Assembly (NCBI GenBank): GCA_032718475.1
Contig: JAUCBJ010005988.1
Location: forward strand, 1-64,000
Reading direction: 5' to 3'
Source: Nemertoderma westbladi
Lineage: Eukaryota > Animalia > Xenacoelomorpha
DNA length: 64,000 nt
Positions 13,484-27,424 of this stretch are shown piece after piece. Within the stretch, counting starts at the first letter, position 1; each line of letters starts with the position of its first letter. The notes beneath the pieces are model-generated. The model searched no databases. It was not told the DNA's origin and saw only the letters and a program-made list of their open reading frames with translations. The position numbers were made by a program, and so were the translations under genes.

Positions 13484-16139
13484 CTGCAAAATATATTTGA
13501 TTGCATAAGAATTTAGAATTTGGTTTATAACGGACCTGTCTTTAGATTGGGTAGTTCTTGTCAAGAGTTGAGCCGTTCAAAAACACGATGTGGTTATGTA
13601 TGTATGTATGTATGTATAACCATTCAATATCTCAAAAACTCAAGCAGGTACGCAACAATTTTAAACGCGACTATTTATCAATTAGTATCTAGTTGTTGAA
13701 TAAAAAGTTGGGAACGATTCGATGTGCAATATTCGCAATATTAGCATATTATCAACGTTATGGAACGCGAAATTAAATACCGACAACTCCACTTTTACAG
13801 CTGGACAACATTTCAATACTTATTGTCAATTGGAGTTACGTACATTAATTATATTGTTAATTATTGTTTTATTCTCTATTCAGTCAGTTAATGCAGTACA
13901 TCATTTATATAACGTATGTATCTATAGGGCATATTGTCATCGTTATAATACTGTCATCAACTCAGGCGATTAAATTAACAAAACCAGAAAACTGAACCAG
14001 GGTGCCAGCCGGGTACCAACGGCGGTTGGGTAGACTTAATGGAAGATTTCACAAACTTTCATAGGAGGCTTGTACATGTACATTATATTGGTTGCTCCGA
14101 TGTTTGTATATTAGGTTAACTGAGAATGTATTTTAGGTATAAATAATTCGTGTTCTTTATTTTATTTATCTAATACAGAAAGACCCCTCCGCAGAATAAA
14201 CTGATCTTTGGGGCCGTTTCCCAGGTTACGGATAAGGATAACATTTCAAACATCGCAGTAATTGTGATTATGATTTGTTTGCCTGGGCGAATGTGTATTA
14301 CATTAGATGGGAGGCAGTTTTCTGGTTGATGCAAGTCATTCTTGGTTTGCATCTTCCAATTCCATCTGTTTCTTGGAGTCCGTGTAAGACAGGTTCGTTT
14401 AAAGCCATCTTGATGGCGTTCTAGTTATATTTCATCCAAGAATCTATCTCTTCAAGATTTCATTATTAGCCACCCAACTAGAACATGAGTACTGGCACCT
14501 GGCAGCTTATATGCATGAAATGTTCTACTTAATCCCTCCACCTTCCATAGGCTACAGTAAAGTTTTCGCAGTAAAGTTCTCAGTGCCATCTCCCACTGTC
14601 ACTACTTCTACCCTATCAGATTGGGACTCATCAGCCAGCCAGGAAACCGAACTGAGCATACCTTTATTGGCCAGTCTGGCAGTGGTACTGTAAGTAAAGT
14701 ATATGTTTCGCACACATACATACAGTACGTACATAACTTACACTAATAAAATTGAAATTGGGTAATTGTTGACCACTTTACTTTATGCATTTAGATATAG
14801 TTATAATAATACGCCACTCCATAGTACACTACCTACAAACACAGAGTTGTTCGTCATTTTATTATATTACCGGTACTATACAGAAGCCAGGTTGCTGCGC
14901 ATGCCGTACGAACAATAGTTGTCATAAGCCATCATCCATGTGCTCTTTATGTTATAAATGGATAACGACGACAATAGCCGTTTAAAAAGCAGAATGTCAG
15001 ATCAGGTGGAGGAAGTTTTATTGTGCGTTGCATCGACTGTCATTTATTAATTGTTAGTATTGTTGATGGATATTCCCAATAGGTTTAGCAATTTAATTAA
15101 CGCTTCATATATCCATCAAAATGTCAATGTCCTTGACTGTGCTCGTTCCATTAGGGCCACCAAGTGCTGAGTGAAATATTACTCTATCTTAAAAGGCCAA
15201 ATTCATCCAAAATAAATTATTTAATCGCGTTCCCCTTCTCGTACTCAATTATATCACCATCATCGATCAAAAAAGTTCAGATTATAGAAAGGGTTCACAA
15301 CGTGTCTCACACCACATAACAGTCAGTCTGATTGTCGGTTAGTCAGGCAGTCTCTCTAATTCTTGTGCTAGCATCAATTTCACACTGTTGCTATTGCTAA
15401 TGATATCTTAGAGCTAGGGCAGTGGTAGAAGAAGAACATACTGAATGAAGCACAAGTTAATAAGAAAATGTAAGTTATATTTCTCTATCAAGAGAACAGT
15501 AGCAATGAAGACCTAGAAGATCTCTTTCCAGATGTGCAAGTGGGCTTGGTATGGGGGGTTACGGGTATAAGGTTACGGGTATAAGGTACTGTATAAGGTT
15601 ACAATGAGTGAAAGGTTACAACAGCAGAGCAATGGTTACAAAATTACTCTTTCGAAAATGCCAAGTCAGAGTTTACAAAATACCATGACCGAGGTTATAA
15701 TTTGCGAGTCAAACTTTACACCATTCAAATACATTGCCAAATACAAATACATCCAATGCATGTTGTATAAGATGATGGTTTAATATATAAATTGAAATTG
15801 AAAACATCACCCCAAATTAATGGGAGGGCAATGGTTACAAATTACGAGTAAATTATACGAGTAGGCGCTTTAGCTCTACATGTAACCGAGGGGAGAGGAA
15901 ATAGGAATGGGTTGGAGTGTAATAGGGGTGGGAGGTTTCGGAAATTTTTATCCCGGATGTGGAACATTTTGTAGGCTGGGAGACACGAAATTGCGACAAC
16001 CATGGAGAATCGGGAAGCCTAGAAGAACTCATTTCCACTCTCCGAGATCGCTCGACCTAGTAATCTTATTTAGTAATATCATCAGAGAAAAGTGTAAAGG
16101 ATATACTGTTTGGGCAGTACGGTAATGCGGTAAAGGAAG

Positions 16140-16325
16140 TCGGCAGTCAAGTTTATTTGGGAGGATATAATCAAGCTTGTCGAAAGTCTTCTTGAGGTCT
16201 ACCGACACTACCGAGATGAGGCAAGCAGAACCGTCATCAAGCTTATGTGGTATTCGTTCAGTAACTGTTAAATTTGTGTCAGTTCTGCTGGTAATATTAT
16301 TCCGGAAACCACCATGTTGGGATGA
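16140..16325 (-). mobile_element. CR1/L2-type LINE RT fragment
   Basis: QHGGFR..T....LDDG....VVSVDLKKTFDKLDYILPNKL matches the RT region 'QhGFr...DlkKAFD.v.h.iLl.KL'. Confidence 0.75.
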
Positions 16326-16569
16326 AGTAGTCAATAATACGAATTATTTACACGGGGTATAAGATTACTGTTAGTGACGTGAATAATTATTCCAGTCCAG
16401 AAGTGATACGATACAGTCTAGCCAAAGTGAAGTCATGAAGTCATTGTTATATATATTTTGCGGAATTAGGCTCACTGAGCCGGGGAAATGGTGATATTCC
16501 TACGTTTGCCTAATCTCACATTATTATTACACGTCAATCATTATATTAATTCATAATTGTCTTGACATT

Positions 16570-17890
16570 TTTTATGCGAATGTTTTATAGAATCTCCGAA
16601 CCTACCGCGGTGTGAGTGGCACACAGTTAATAAATTTCTTCACTGATAATCTGTGCTAGTTTATTACCCAAAGTGAATGTTTATTTAAACCAAAATCCCC
16701 CCAGGTATCTGTCCCAAAACATGCAACAATGTCTGGTATGAGTCGAAATAGAGAGGGGAAGAAGTCATTAAACTAAAGTAGTCAAAATTGGTTCCACAAA
16801 ACATGTACCCAATGACAATGCTAATTGTATACCAATGCATTTTTTATGCGAAAGTGCTGTAGGCCTAGTTCCAAAGAATACCAACTTTGTTTCAAAAAAT
16901 GTGAACTTTGTACCAATAGGGTGCGGACATTGTTCCTATCAACTAAATTAATGGCGTGACGAGTCACGTAGTAAATAAGAGGACTCTTATGCTGGTCGGT
17001 CAATAATTGCAAGAGGTGTTACCGTTGTCCTTGTCGTCATTGACGATGTTGTTGTCGTATCGTCTTTACGATTTTGACAATTTATCGGGTTTAAAGCTCT
17101 CGAGATGAGCACTAGCTATATCTTTATATGGAGACTAATCGGTGTGCAGGTGCAGGTAAACCCCATTGGCTTTTGATTATAACCGCCTCAGCTGAAACTC
17201 TGAATATAATGTCTAGAACAGAGCTGCGTCTCTGTGAAATTCCACTAGAAATTATACAAAGCCATATTTTAGAATAGCATCTTCGAACGAATATGTTTTT
17301 ACCTTTAGAGTAGGAGTCATTTAAGCGACATAAGCAACACAATTAAATAGTGTAGAACGACTTATTTTATTAAGAAATAAATGGAATATCTCGCAACCTC
17401 AGTAGTAGGAATATCTCGCAACCTCAGTAGTAGGAATATCTCGCAACCTCAGTAGTAGGAATATCTCGCAACCTCAGTAGTAGGAATATCTAGCAACCTC
17501 AGTAGTAGGAATATCTCGCAACCTCAGTAGTAGGAATATCTCGCAACCTCAGTAGTAGGAATATCTCGCAACCTCAGTAGTAGGCCTATCAAACAATTTC
17601 AATCCGGAGTAAAATGATTTTTCACATAAACACCATTAGAAGCTCATAATATCTACTGACATGTATACCCGGAGATCCTAAAATATCCAACATAACAAAA
17701 GAACCAACAATTGCCTCGGAGCTGCGGCCAGATCCAACCACGCCGATGATGTAAGGAATGTTGGTTTCGTTGTAATAATTTGAATATATCTCATTTTCTG
17801 ATATAACTCCGAGATACTGTATTATAATAGATCTCTTATCATCACCACATATTGTGGATATAGATAATGGCTTCGGATCCCAGATATAAA
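16570..17890 (-). pseudogene. Decayed class C GPCR-type Venus-flytrap (ANF_receptor-like) domain, remnant B
   Basis: Motifs in correct order across frameshifts: IIGVVGSGRSSEAI (~17709-17750), FN.VAYVA.NDSYS.G..FEDAILKYG.CII (~17250-17350), ACFGTDTWGD (~16695-16725), FINCVPLTP..VRRFYKTF. Interrupted by a 25-bp array and other inserts. Confidence 0.6.
17383..17585. repeat. 25-bp minisatellite, 8 copies
   Basis: GGAATATCTCGCAACCTCAGTAGTA. Confidence 0.95.
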
Positions 17891-18489
17891 GAGCCCCCCC
17901 TCCCCATCCTACATGATATAGGCCTATTGATTTCGTCCTTACTATTCCATTGACCAACATTCCCACCTATCTACCGTTCCGTTCCGCTCCCATTGTGGGT
18001 AAATAACTCATGTTACCAGCGCATCTCAGCGTCTAATCATTCCTTCACCACCAACATGAATAAAACCCTATCAAATATAGTTGGAAATCAACTGTATTTC
18101 AAATATTACTGTGTCACATTTCTCATGTCATCACCATAATGTAAAATAGCAATATTTTGACGTGTTTCCAGTTTCTCGCACCACATGGTTAGCAGTCTAT
18201 CTTCAGAGAACAGTAACAGATTGAAACCAGCATGAATGAAGTAATGCCCATCCCATAGCCATCATGATAATATGACATTATTTGACAGAATATTCATTAT
18301 ACAGCATGTGGATAGTTAGGGTTAATTTTATGTAATGTATATGGTATTAGCTCCTGAACTAATTATTAATTATTAGGGAATTACATAAATACATCGGCTT
18401 AAATCATTACTTTAATTCAAGAGAAGGCCTCTATATGATCCACAATTAATCTGTATTATCAAAACCGGATGTCATTTCACTGACTGTAG

Positions 18490-19710
18490 TTATCATATCG
18501 CGATATTATATATGAGTGAGTCGGGATGAGTGTCTGTTAAGTCTAATCCAGTCAATGACCTAATGAATTCACCTTTTGTGACCAGATATGGACTACATTT
18601 ATGGGTTTTGTAGTGACTATGTGTTCCCTTCGTGGTAGTGTATCCCCTACTGATAATTTTGCTGGGATTGGGAAATTCTGATCGACAAGTTTGTAGTCTA
18701 CATAATGCACTCATAATACATAATTTCGTCGACATAATGCACTGATTGTAGAATCACATCATGAGGATTCCAAAGGCCTCAATGATATAAAACATTAACG
18801 GGTGGGTGACAGAGGCTAATGGCTTAAGGATGTCGACAAAGATGATGGCTCCATGCGGTTCCAGAACCAAGGTCTGTATGGGATGTAGGTCCGAAACAAA
18901 AGGATGAATGTTTGAATGGGACAAAAGTCTATTGTAAATCCATAGCTCGCGATCAGCCATGTAAATCCACAATTCATCTACATTATGAAGAGTAGTGTCT
19001 TTCACCAGACGTTTCAGGAATATGAATGGTTGACCATCACATTTCGTCTCGCCAGACGGCTGTCATACAACAAGATCATGCACAGGGTGATATATTCCAC
19101 AATGCATCCCATTCCTAAACTTCTATTACCATCTAAAGGTTGTAGTTAAACCCCATCTACATATTACAATCGCAATACATAGCGGCCACAATAAAGAAGA
19201 GGAGAGGACCGCAAGCGTGTCATCTTAAAGGCCACGCAATACAGTTTCAAATGGGTCGGTATCCTCATCTGATGCGGAGACAAATGTTGTGGAACCGTAA
19301 CATAGTTATTTTATTGCAACAATTATCTCATCGCGAGTCATCGGGGATCCCGGTTATGGCCTCAAAAATATTAAACAAGCAGTGGCGGGAGGCAGAGTCG
19401 TGTCGTCCAGGCAACTTATCGTACAAAGATAAACAGTAACTGTACCAATATATTATAGTGTAGGCCTAATAAATGTTCCAGTTTGTCCATCACCTTCTAT
19501 ACTAGGTATATTCATTATGTCCATAGTTTCGTTAGGCAATGGTTGTTGGTTAATCGAGCTGAAATATAAGTATCCCAGATCATTCGGTCCTTCGTCATGG
19601 CATGGCATGATAAGTAACTGATGTATGTTGCCTTTGGGCCTTTCAAACTTTGTATTACCAGTGCTTGGCGATCGATGGAGGCCGGGAGGCCCCCACACAC
19701 AATATAGACG
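18490..19710 (-). pseudogene. Decayed class C GPCR-type Venus-flytrap domain, remnant A
   Basis: Ordered motifs: ..TYISYLSCHAMTKDRMIWDTY.., LGMGCIVEY, RNVMVNHS....LL...MNCGFTWLIASYGF, HGAIIF, C...GEFIRSLTGLDL. Stops, frameshifts and two insertions are present. Confidence 0.5.
19170..19420 (-). mobile_element. RTE-like LINE RT fragment (same family as 900-1745)
   Basis: Reverse complement aligns by eye to 1260-1450 (GIPD..I..I...GSTTFVS....DTDPFE....L.DDTLA). Confidence 0.7.
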
Positions 19711-20236
19711 AAGGTCTGAATAGGGTGAAGGTCCGAATAGGATGAAGGACCGAAATATTCGCGTTTCATTTGGAACTTCGTCTCATACCTTCGACCCAAT
19801 AATACCTTCTGTGTCTTTCTTTCGTTTATAGACAATGCCCCACCGGGCACGTTTACCCATTCTAAAACCTATTACCAATTTGATCACCACATTTATGACA
19901 GACATCCAATAACTATTACACAAGAAATGATAACACAATTTTGGCAATCCATGTCAGTCATAAATACATATATTTGTAATACAATTAAACCGTTATTAAG
20001 TCGTATAATAATACATACATGCAATGAAAGATCAGTCACCAACACTAGTAGAGACAACGCCCCTATATATCCTTATTAACCATATATATTCCCGGCTTTA
20101 TGAAGAATGTGGGTGTATTAAGTAAAAAGTTAACCACAGTTAATAAAGGTATCAGCGAAGTGCGTTCTGGCCTTGGTGTGCAGTTAATAAACCTACAAAG
20201 TATTCGGTGTAAGTTTGATAATATAAATAAATATAC

Positions 20237-20329
20237 CTGCACTATTAATACTCCAATCGGCCAGGATGATGAATCAGAATCAAAATCATCTTCTGTCGCA
20301 TTGGCAGCTGAGGTTACGTTCCAAAGCAT
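20237..20329 (-). CDS. Aminergic class A GPCR, coding exon 1 (extracellular N-terminus, start of TM1)
   Basis: MLWNVTSAANATEDDFDSDSSSWPIGVLIVQ (93 nt, 31 codons) with two N-glycosylation sequons (NVT, NAT). Followed by donor CAG|GTATAT; joins exon 2 in phase 0 to complete TM1. Confidence 0.8.
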
Positions 20330-20414
20330 AATTAGTAGATCATTACTTTGTCAATGACAGTTAAATGAAGGAATTATAAGTTAAGAATATATCTTAAGTA
20401 TCCACAAATTATCA

Positions 20415-20600
20415 TAATATCATTGAAATTATATGCCACTAATCGCAACACTTAAATAATATCATTGAAATTATATGCCACTAATCGCAACACTTAAATA
20501 ATATCATTGAAATTATATGCCACTAATCGCAACACTTAAATAATATCATTGAAATTATATGCCACTAATCACAACACTTAAATAATATTATTAAAATTCA
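20415..20600. repeat. 42-bp minisatellite, ~4.3 copies, just upstream of the GPCR ATG
   Basis: TAATATCATTGAAATTATATGCCACTAATCGCAACACTTAAA. Confidence 0.92.
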
Positions 20601-20923
20601 ACTAAATTATTATCCAAGTATCGATAATAAAACATTTTAAATCGACAACCATCTACGAATTTTAATATCCTATGTAGATAACTTATTATTCATCACAATA
20701 TTATTAATCTACTACTGTAGAATAATAACGTCACCCTAGTATACTCCATCGTTGGGTCAAAAATCAATATTGTAAATATTAGAATATTATCAATTAATGG
20801 ATAATAACATTTTAGTAGCTCTGGGTGACGAAACCATATGGTGGACTGTGGGCGGATACTCTACCCTACCCCCTCCCCTATAAAATTTGAGTAATCATGC
20901 ATTGAAATTTTACAAAAGTTGTT

Positions 20924-23650
20924 ACAACAAAACCCGAATGGAGGCATGGCGACAACAAAACCCGAATGGAGGCATGGCGACAACAAAACCCGAATGGAGG
21001 CATGGCGACAACAAACCGCGAATGGAGGCATGGCAACAACAAAACCCGAATGGTGGCATGGCGACAACAAAACCCGAATGGAGGCATGGCGACAACAAAA
21101 CCCGAACGGAGGCATGGCGACAACAAAACCCGAATGGAGGCATGGCGACAACAAAACCCGAATGGAGGCATGGCGACAACAAAACCCGAACGGAGGCATG
21201 GCGACAACAAAACCCGAACGGAGGCATGGCGACAACAAAACCCGAATGGAGGCATGGCGACAACAAAACCCGAACGGAGGCATGGCGACAACAAAACCCG
21301 AATGGAGGCATGGTGACAACAAAACCCGAATGGAGGCATGACGACAACAAAACCCGAATGGAGGCATGGCGACAACAAAACCCGAATGGAGGCATGGCGA
21401 CAACAAAACCCGAATGAAGGCATGGCGACAACAAACCTCGAATGGAGGCGTGGCGACAGCAAAACCCGAATGGAGGCATGGCGACAACAAAACCCGAACG
21501 GAGGCATGGCGACAACAAAACCCGAACGGAGGCATGGCGACAACAAAACCCGAATGGTGGCATGGCGACAACAAAACCCGAATGGAGGCATGGCGACGCC
21601 AAACCTCGAATAGAGGCATGGCCCCGCATGGCGACAACAAAACCCGAATGGAGGCATGGCGACAAGAAAACCCGAATGGAGGCATGGCGACAACAAAACC
21701 CGAATGGAGGCATGGCGACAACAAAACCCGAATGGAGGCATGGCGACAACAAAACCCGAATGGAGGCATGGCGACAACAAACCTCGAATGGAGGCATGGC
21801 GACAACAAAACCCGAATGGAGGCATGGCGACGACAAACCTCGAATGGAGGCATGGCGACAACAAAACCCGAAAGGAGGCATGGCGACAACAAAACCCGAA
21901 TGGAGGCATGGCGAAAACAAAACCAGAATGGAGGCATGGCGACAATAAACCTCGAATGGAGGCATGGCAACATCAAAACCCGAATGGAGGCATGACGACA
22001 ACAAAACCCGAATGGAGGCATGCCGACAACAAACCTCGAATCGAGGCATGGTGACAACAAAACCCGAATGGAGGCATGGCGACGCCAAACCTCGAATAGA
22101 GGCATGGCCCCGCATGGCGACAACAAAACCCGAATGGAGGCATGGTGACAACAAAACCCGAATGGAGGCATGGCGACAACAAAACCCGAATGGAGGCATG
22201 GCGACAACAAAACCCGAATGGAGGCATGGCGACAACAAAACCCGAATGGAGGCATGGCAACAACAAAACCCGAATGGTGGCATGGCGACAACAAAACCCG
22301 AATGGAGGCATGGCGACAACAAAACCGAATGGAGGCATGGCGACAACAAAACCCGAATGGAGGCATGGCGACAACAAACCTCGAATGGAGGCATGGCGAC
22401 AACAAAACCCGAATGGAGGCATGGCGACGCCAAACCTCGAATAGAGGCATGGCCCCGCATGGCGACAACAAAACCCGAATGGAGGCATGGCGACAACAAA
22501 ACCCGAATGGAGGCATGGCGACAACAAAACCCGAATGGAGGCATGGCGACAGCTAAACCCGAATGGAGGCATGGCGACAACAAAACCCGAATGGAGGCAT
22601 GGCGACAGCAAAACCCGAATGGAGGCATGGCGACAACAAAACCCGAATGGAGGCATGGCGACAACAAAACCCGAATGGAGGCATGGCGACAACAAAACCC
22701 GAATGGAGGCATGGCGACAACAAAACCCGAATGGAGGCATGGCGACAACAAACCTCGAATGGAGGCATGGCGACAACAAAACCCGAATGGAGGCATGGCG
22801 ACAACAAAACCCGAATGGTGGCATGGCGACAACAAAACCCGAATGGAGGCATGGCGACAACAAAACCCGAATGGAGGCATGGCGACAACAAAACCCGAAT
22901 GGAGGCATGGCGACAACAAAACCCGAATGGAGGCATGGCGACAACAAAACCCGAATGGAGGCATGGCGACGACAAACCTCGAATAGAGGCATGGCCCCGC
23001 ATGACGACAACAAAACCCGAATGGAGGCATGGCGACAACAAAACCCGAATGGAGGCATGGCGACAACAAAACCCGAATGGAGGCATGGCGACAACAAAAC
23101 CCGAATGGAGGCATGGCGACAACAAAACCCGAATGGAGGCATGGCGACGACAAACCTCGAATAGAGGCATGGCCCCGCATGGCGACAACAAAACCCGAAT
23201 GGAGGCATGGCGACAACAAAACCCGAATGGAGGCATGGCGACAACAAAACCCGAATGGAGGCATGGCGACAACAAAACCCGAATGGAGGCATGGCGAAAA
23301 CAAACCCCGAATGGAGGCATGGCGACAACAAACCTCGAATGGAGGCATGACGACAACAAACCTCGAATGGAGGCATGGCGACAACAAAACCCGAATGGAG
23401 GCATGGTGACAACAAACCTCGAATAGAGGCATGGCCCCGCATGGCGACAACAAAACCCGAATGGAGGCATGGCGACAACAAAACCCGAATGGTGGCATGG
23501 CGACAACAAAACCCGAATGGTGGCATGGCGACAACAAAACCCGAATGGAGGCATGGCGACAACAAAACCCGAATGGAGGCATGGCGACAACAAAACCCGA
23601 ATGGAGGCATGGCGACAACAAACCCCGAATGGTGGCATGGCGACAACAAC
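20924..23650. repeat. 28-bp minisatellite, ~95 copies
   Basis: ACAACAAAACCCGAATGGAGGCATGGCG, with a recurring longer variant containing ..AATAGAGGCATGGCCCCGCATGG. Confidence 0.97.
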
Positions 23651-24059
23651 CAATGATGAATTGAAAATACCAAATGCTAACCCGTTAAAGATGACATTCA
23701 ATGTTTCCATAGTAACAACAAAAAATTACTCTATTTGAAAAAAAACACCAAAATGGTGAAATGGTAATCAGACACCCATTTTCAAATGCCTCTCGTATTT
23801 ATCAAAGTGCCTCATGCGTAGAATGCATCATTACCATAAAAATAATTAAAATGAAATATATAACTATATCGTTAATGAAATGTGGTAACAGTGCCCAGTA
23901 CAATCGCATGACATATTTTGCAAAAATATATGTTTCGGTTCTGAATTGCTATTGACAGGGAAAATATACGTTTTTCTGTCGTCTACTTGTGTTATCTGGA
24001 ATCCCTAAGACAATGGGCACCAAAGGTTTACCTGCACATTAGCTTACACACACAGCCCT

Positions 24060-27005
24060 GCGCCTGATGCCTTTACGGCCTAATCCTGCCTTTATGGCCT
24101 ACTCCGACCTTTACAGCCTACTCCTGCCTTTACGGACTACTCCTGCCTTTACGGCCTACTCCTGTCTTTACGGCCTACTCCGATCTTTACGGCCTACTCC
24201 TGCCTTTACGGCCTACTCCTGTCTTTACGGCCTACTCCGATCTTTACGGCCTACTCCTGCCTTTACGGCCTATTCCTGTACTGCCTTTACGGCCTACTCC
24301 TGTCTTTACGGCCTACTCCGATCTTTACGGCCTGGGGCCTACTCCTGCCTTTACGGCCTATTCCTGTACTGCCTTTACGGCCTACTCCTGTCTTTACGGC
24401 CTACTCCGATCTTTACGGCCTACTCCTGCCTTTACGGCCTATTCCTGTCCTGCCTTACGGCCTACTCCTGCCTTTACGGCCAATTCCTGTCCTGCCTTTA
24501 CGGCCTACTCCGACCTTTACGGCCTACTCCTGCCTTTACGGTCTACTCCGACCTTTACGGCCTACTCCTGCCTTTACGGCCTACTCCTGCCTTTACATTC
24601 TACTCCAGCCTTTAAGTCCTAGTCCTGCCTTTACAGCCTACTCCTGCCTTTACAGCCTACTCATGCCTTTACGGCCTACTCCGACCTTTACAGCCTACTC
24701 CTGCCTTTACAGCCTACTCCTGCCTTTACGGCCTGCCCCTGCCTTTACGGCCCACTCCTGCCTTCACGGCCTACTCCTGCCTTTACGGCCTAATCCTGCC
24801 TTTACGGCCTACTCCGACCTTTACGGCCTACTCCGACCTTTACGGCCTACTCCTGCCTTTACGGCCTACTCCTGCCTTTACGGCCTACTCCGACCTTTAC
24901 GGCCTACTCCCGCCTTTACGGCCTACTCCTGCCTCTACGGACTAATCATGCCTTTACATCCTACTCCTGCTTTTAAAGCCTAGCCCTGCCTTTACGGCCT
25001 ACTGCTGCCTTCACGGCCTACTCCTGCCTTTACGGCCTACTCCTGCCTTTACGGCCTACTCCTGCCTTTACGGCCTACTCCTGCCTTTACGGACTACTCC
25101 TGCCTTTACGGCCCACTTCTGCCTTTACTGCTCACTCCTGCCTTTACGGCCTACTCCTGCCTCTACTGCGTACTCCTGCCTTTACGGCCTACTCCTGCCT
25201 TTACGGCCTACTCCTGCCTCTACTGCCTACTCCTGCCTTTACGAACTACTCCTGCCTTTACATCCTACTCCTGCCTTTACTGCCTACTCCTGCCTTTACG
25301 GCCTACTCCTGCCTTTAAGGCTTAGCCCTGCCTTTACGGCCTACTCGTGACTTTACGGACTACCCCTACCTTTAAGGCCTAGTCCTGCCTTTACTGCCCA
25401 CTCCTGCCTTTACTGCCCACTCCTGCCTTCACGGCCTACTCCTGCCTTTACGGCCTACTCATGCCTTTACGGCCTACTCCTGCCTTTACGGCCTACTCCT
25501 GCCTTTACGAACTACTCCTGCCTTATCCTACTCCTGCCTTTACGGCCTACTCCTGCCTTTACGGCCTACTCATGCCTTTACGGCCTACTCCGACCTTTAC
25601 AGCCTACTCCTGCCTTTAAGGCCTACTCCTGCCTTTAAGGTCTAGTCCTGCCTTTACGGCCTACTCCTGCCTTTAAGGCCTAGTCCTGCCTTTACGGCCT
25701 AGTCCTGCCTTTACGGCCTACTCCTGCCTTTACGGCCTACTCCTGCCTTTACGGCCTACTCCTGCCTTCACGTCCTACTCCTACCTTTACGGACTACTCT
25801 TGCCTTTACATCATACTCCTGCCTTTACGGCCTAATACTGCCTTTACGGCCTACTCCTGCTTTTAAGGCCTAGTCCTGCCTTTACAGCCTACTCCTGCCT
25901 TTACGGCCCAGTCCTGCCTTTACGGCCTACTCCTACCTTTACGGCCTGCCTTTACATCCTACGCCTGCCTTTACGGCCTGCCTTTACATCCTACTCCTTC
26001 CTTTACATCATACTCCTGCCTTTACGGCCTACTCCTGCCTTTACGGCCTACTCCTGCCTTTACGGCCTACTCCTGCCTTTACATCCCATCCTACTCCTGC
26101 CTTTACTGACTACTCCTGCCTTTACATGCTACTGCTGCCTTTACGGCCTACTCCTGCCTTTACGGCCTACTCCTGCCTTTACAGCCTAGTCCTGCCTTTA
26201 TGGCCTACTCCGACCTTTACAGCCTACTCCTGCCTTTACGGCCTACTCCTGCCTTTAAGGCCTAGTCCTGCCTTTACGGCCCACTCCTGCCTTTACGGCC
26301 TACTCCTGCCTTTCCGGCCTACTCCGACCTTTACGGCCTACTCCTGCCTTTACGGCCCACTCCTGCCTTTACGGCCCACTCCTGCCTTTACTGCCCACTC
26401 CTGCCTTTACTGACTACTCCTGCCTTTACATGCTACTGCTGCCTTTACGCCTACTCCTGCCTTTACGGCCTACTCCTGCCTTTACGGCCTACTCCTGCCT
26501 TTACGGTCTACTCCTGCCTTTACGACCTACTCCTGCCTTTACGGCCTACTCCTGCCTTTACGGCCCACTCCTGCCTTTACGGCCTACTCCTGCCTTTCCG
26601 GCCTACTCCGACCTTTACGGCCTACTCCTGCCTTTACGGCCCACTCCTGCCTTTACGGCCTACTCCTGCCTTTCCGGCCTACTCCGACCTTTACGGCCTA
26701 CTCCTGCCTTTACGGCCCACTCCTGCCTTTACGGCCCACTCCTGCCTTTACTGCCCACTCCTGCCTTTACTGACTACTCCTGCCTTTACATGCTACTGCT
26801 GCCTTTACGCCTACTCCTGCCTTTACGGCCTACTCCTGCCTTTACAGCCTAGTCCTGCCTTTATGGCCTACTCTGACCTTTACAGCCTACTCCTGCCTTT
26901 ACGGTCTACTCCTGCCTTTACGGCCTACTCCTGCCTTTACGGCCCACTCCTGCCTTTACTGCCCACTCCTGCCTTTACGGCCTACTCCGACCTTCACGGC
27001 CTACG
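24060..27005. repeat. 19-bp C-rich minisatellite, ~150 copies
   Basis: CCTTTACGGCCTACTCCTG. Confidence 0.97.
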
Positions 27006-27424
27006 GTTTTTTAAAGGATAATTCAACTTTGAAAATAACAAGAGCTTCGGCGAAGATATATATAGTAACTCAGGCACTCCCGATCCTGACTGAAATAATA
27101 GTAATAATGTTCTTAGTGCGATATTTAGCAGTTTGTGATAGCTAAGCGGGGGGAATATAAATTGGGACTTGAGAGATAAAAGTGTACCGCAGAGGGTGTT
27201 GTTGAGCCCTGCAGCCCATGACTTTAATCATTGTAATAAAAACGCATATGTTACACCCATGTTTGTTATATAGCTGCATAACTAAGTTATCGATGTACTG
27301 CAATCAATAGACGAAGCAGTAATTCGTGAGTTAATTGTAAATAACAAAGAACTTGGAATTGGGCCATACTATCAAGGTCGAAATAATCCGAATTATATTA
27401 AAGATTATCTATAACATTATAGCC

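Noticed and set aside
14350-14690. Coding-like relic on the minus strand (VEVVTVGDG..GG.SRTFHAYKL), faintly alpha-kinase-like
   Set aside because: Multiple stops and only a vague motif; not assignable by eye.
19030-19070. LARRNVMV as a tyrosine-kinase catalytic loop
   Set aside because: No HRD before or DFG after; the flanking motifs fit the VFT-domain order better.
20924-23650. CRISPR-like appearance of 25-36-bp repeats here and elsewhere
   Set aside because: Units are head-to-tail with no unique spacers, there are no cas genes, and the context is eukaryotic.
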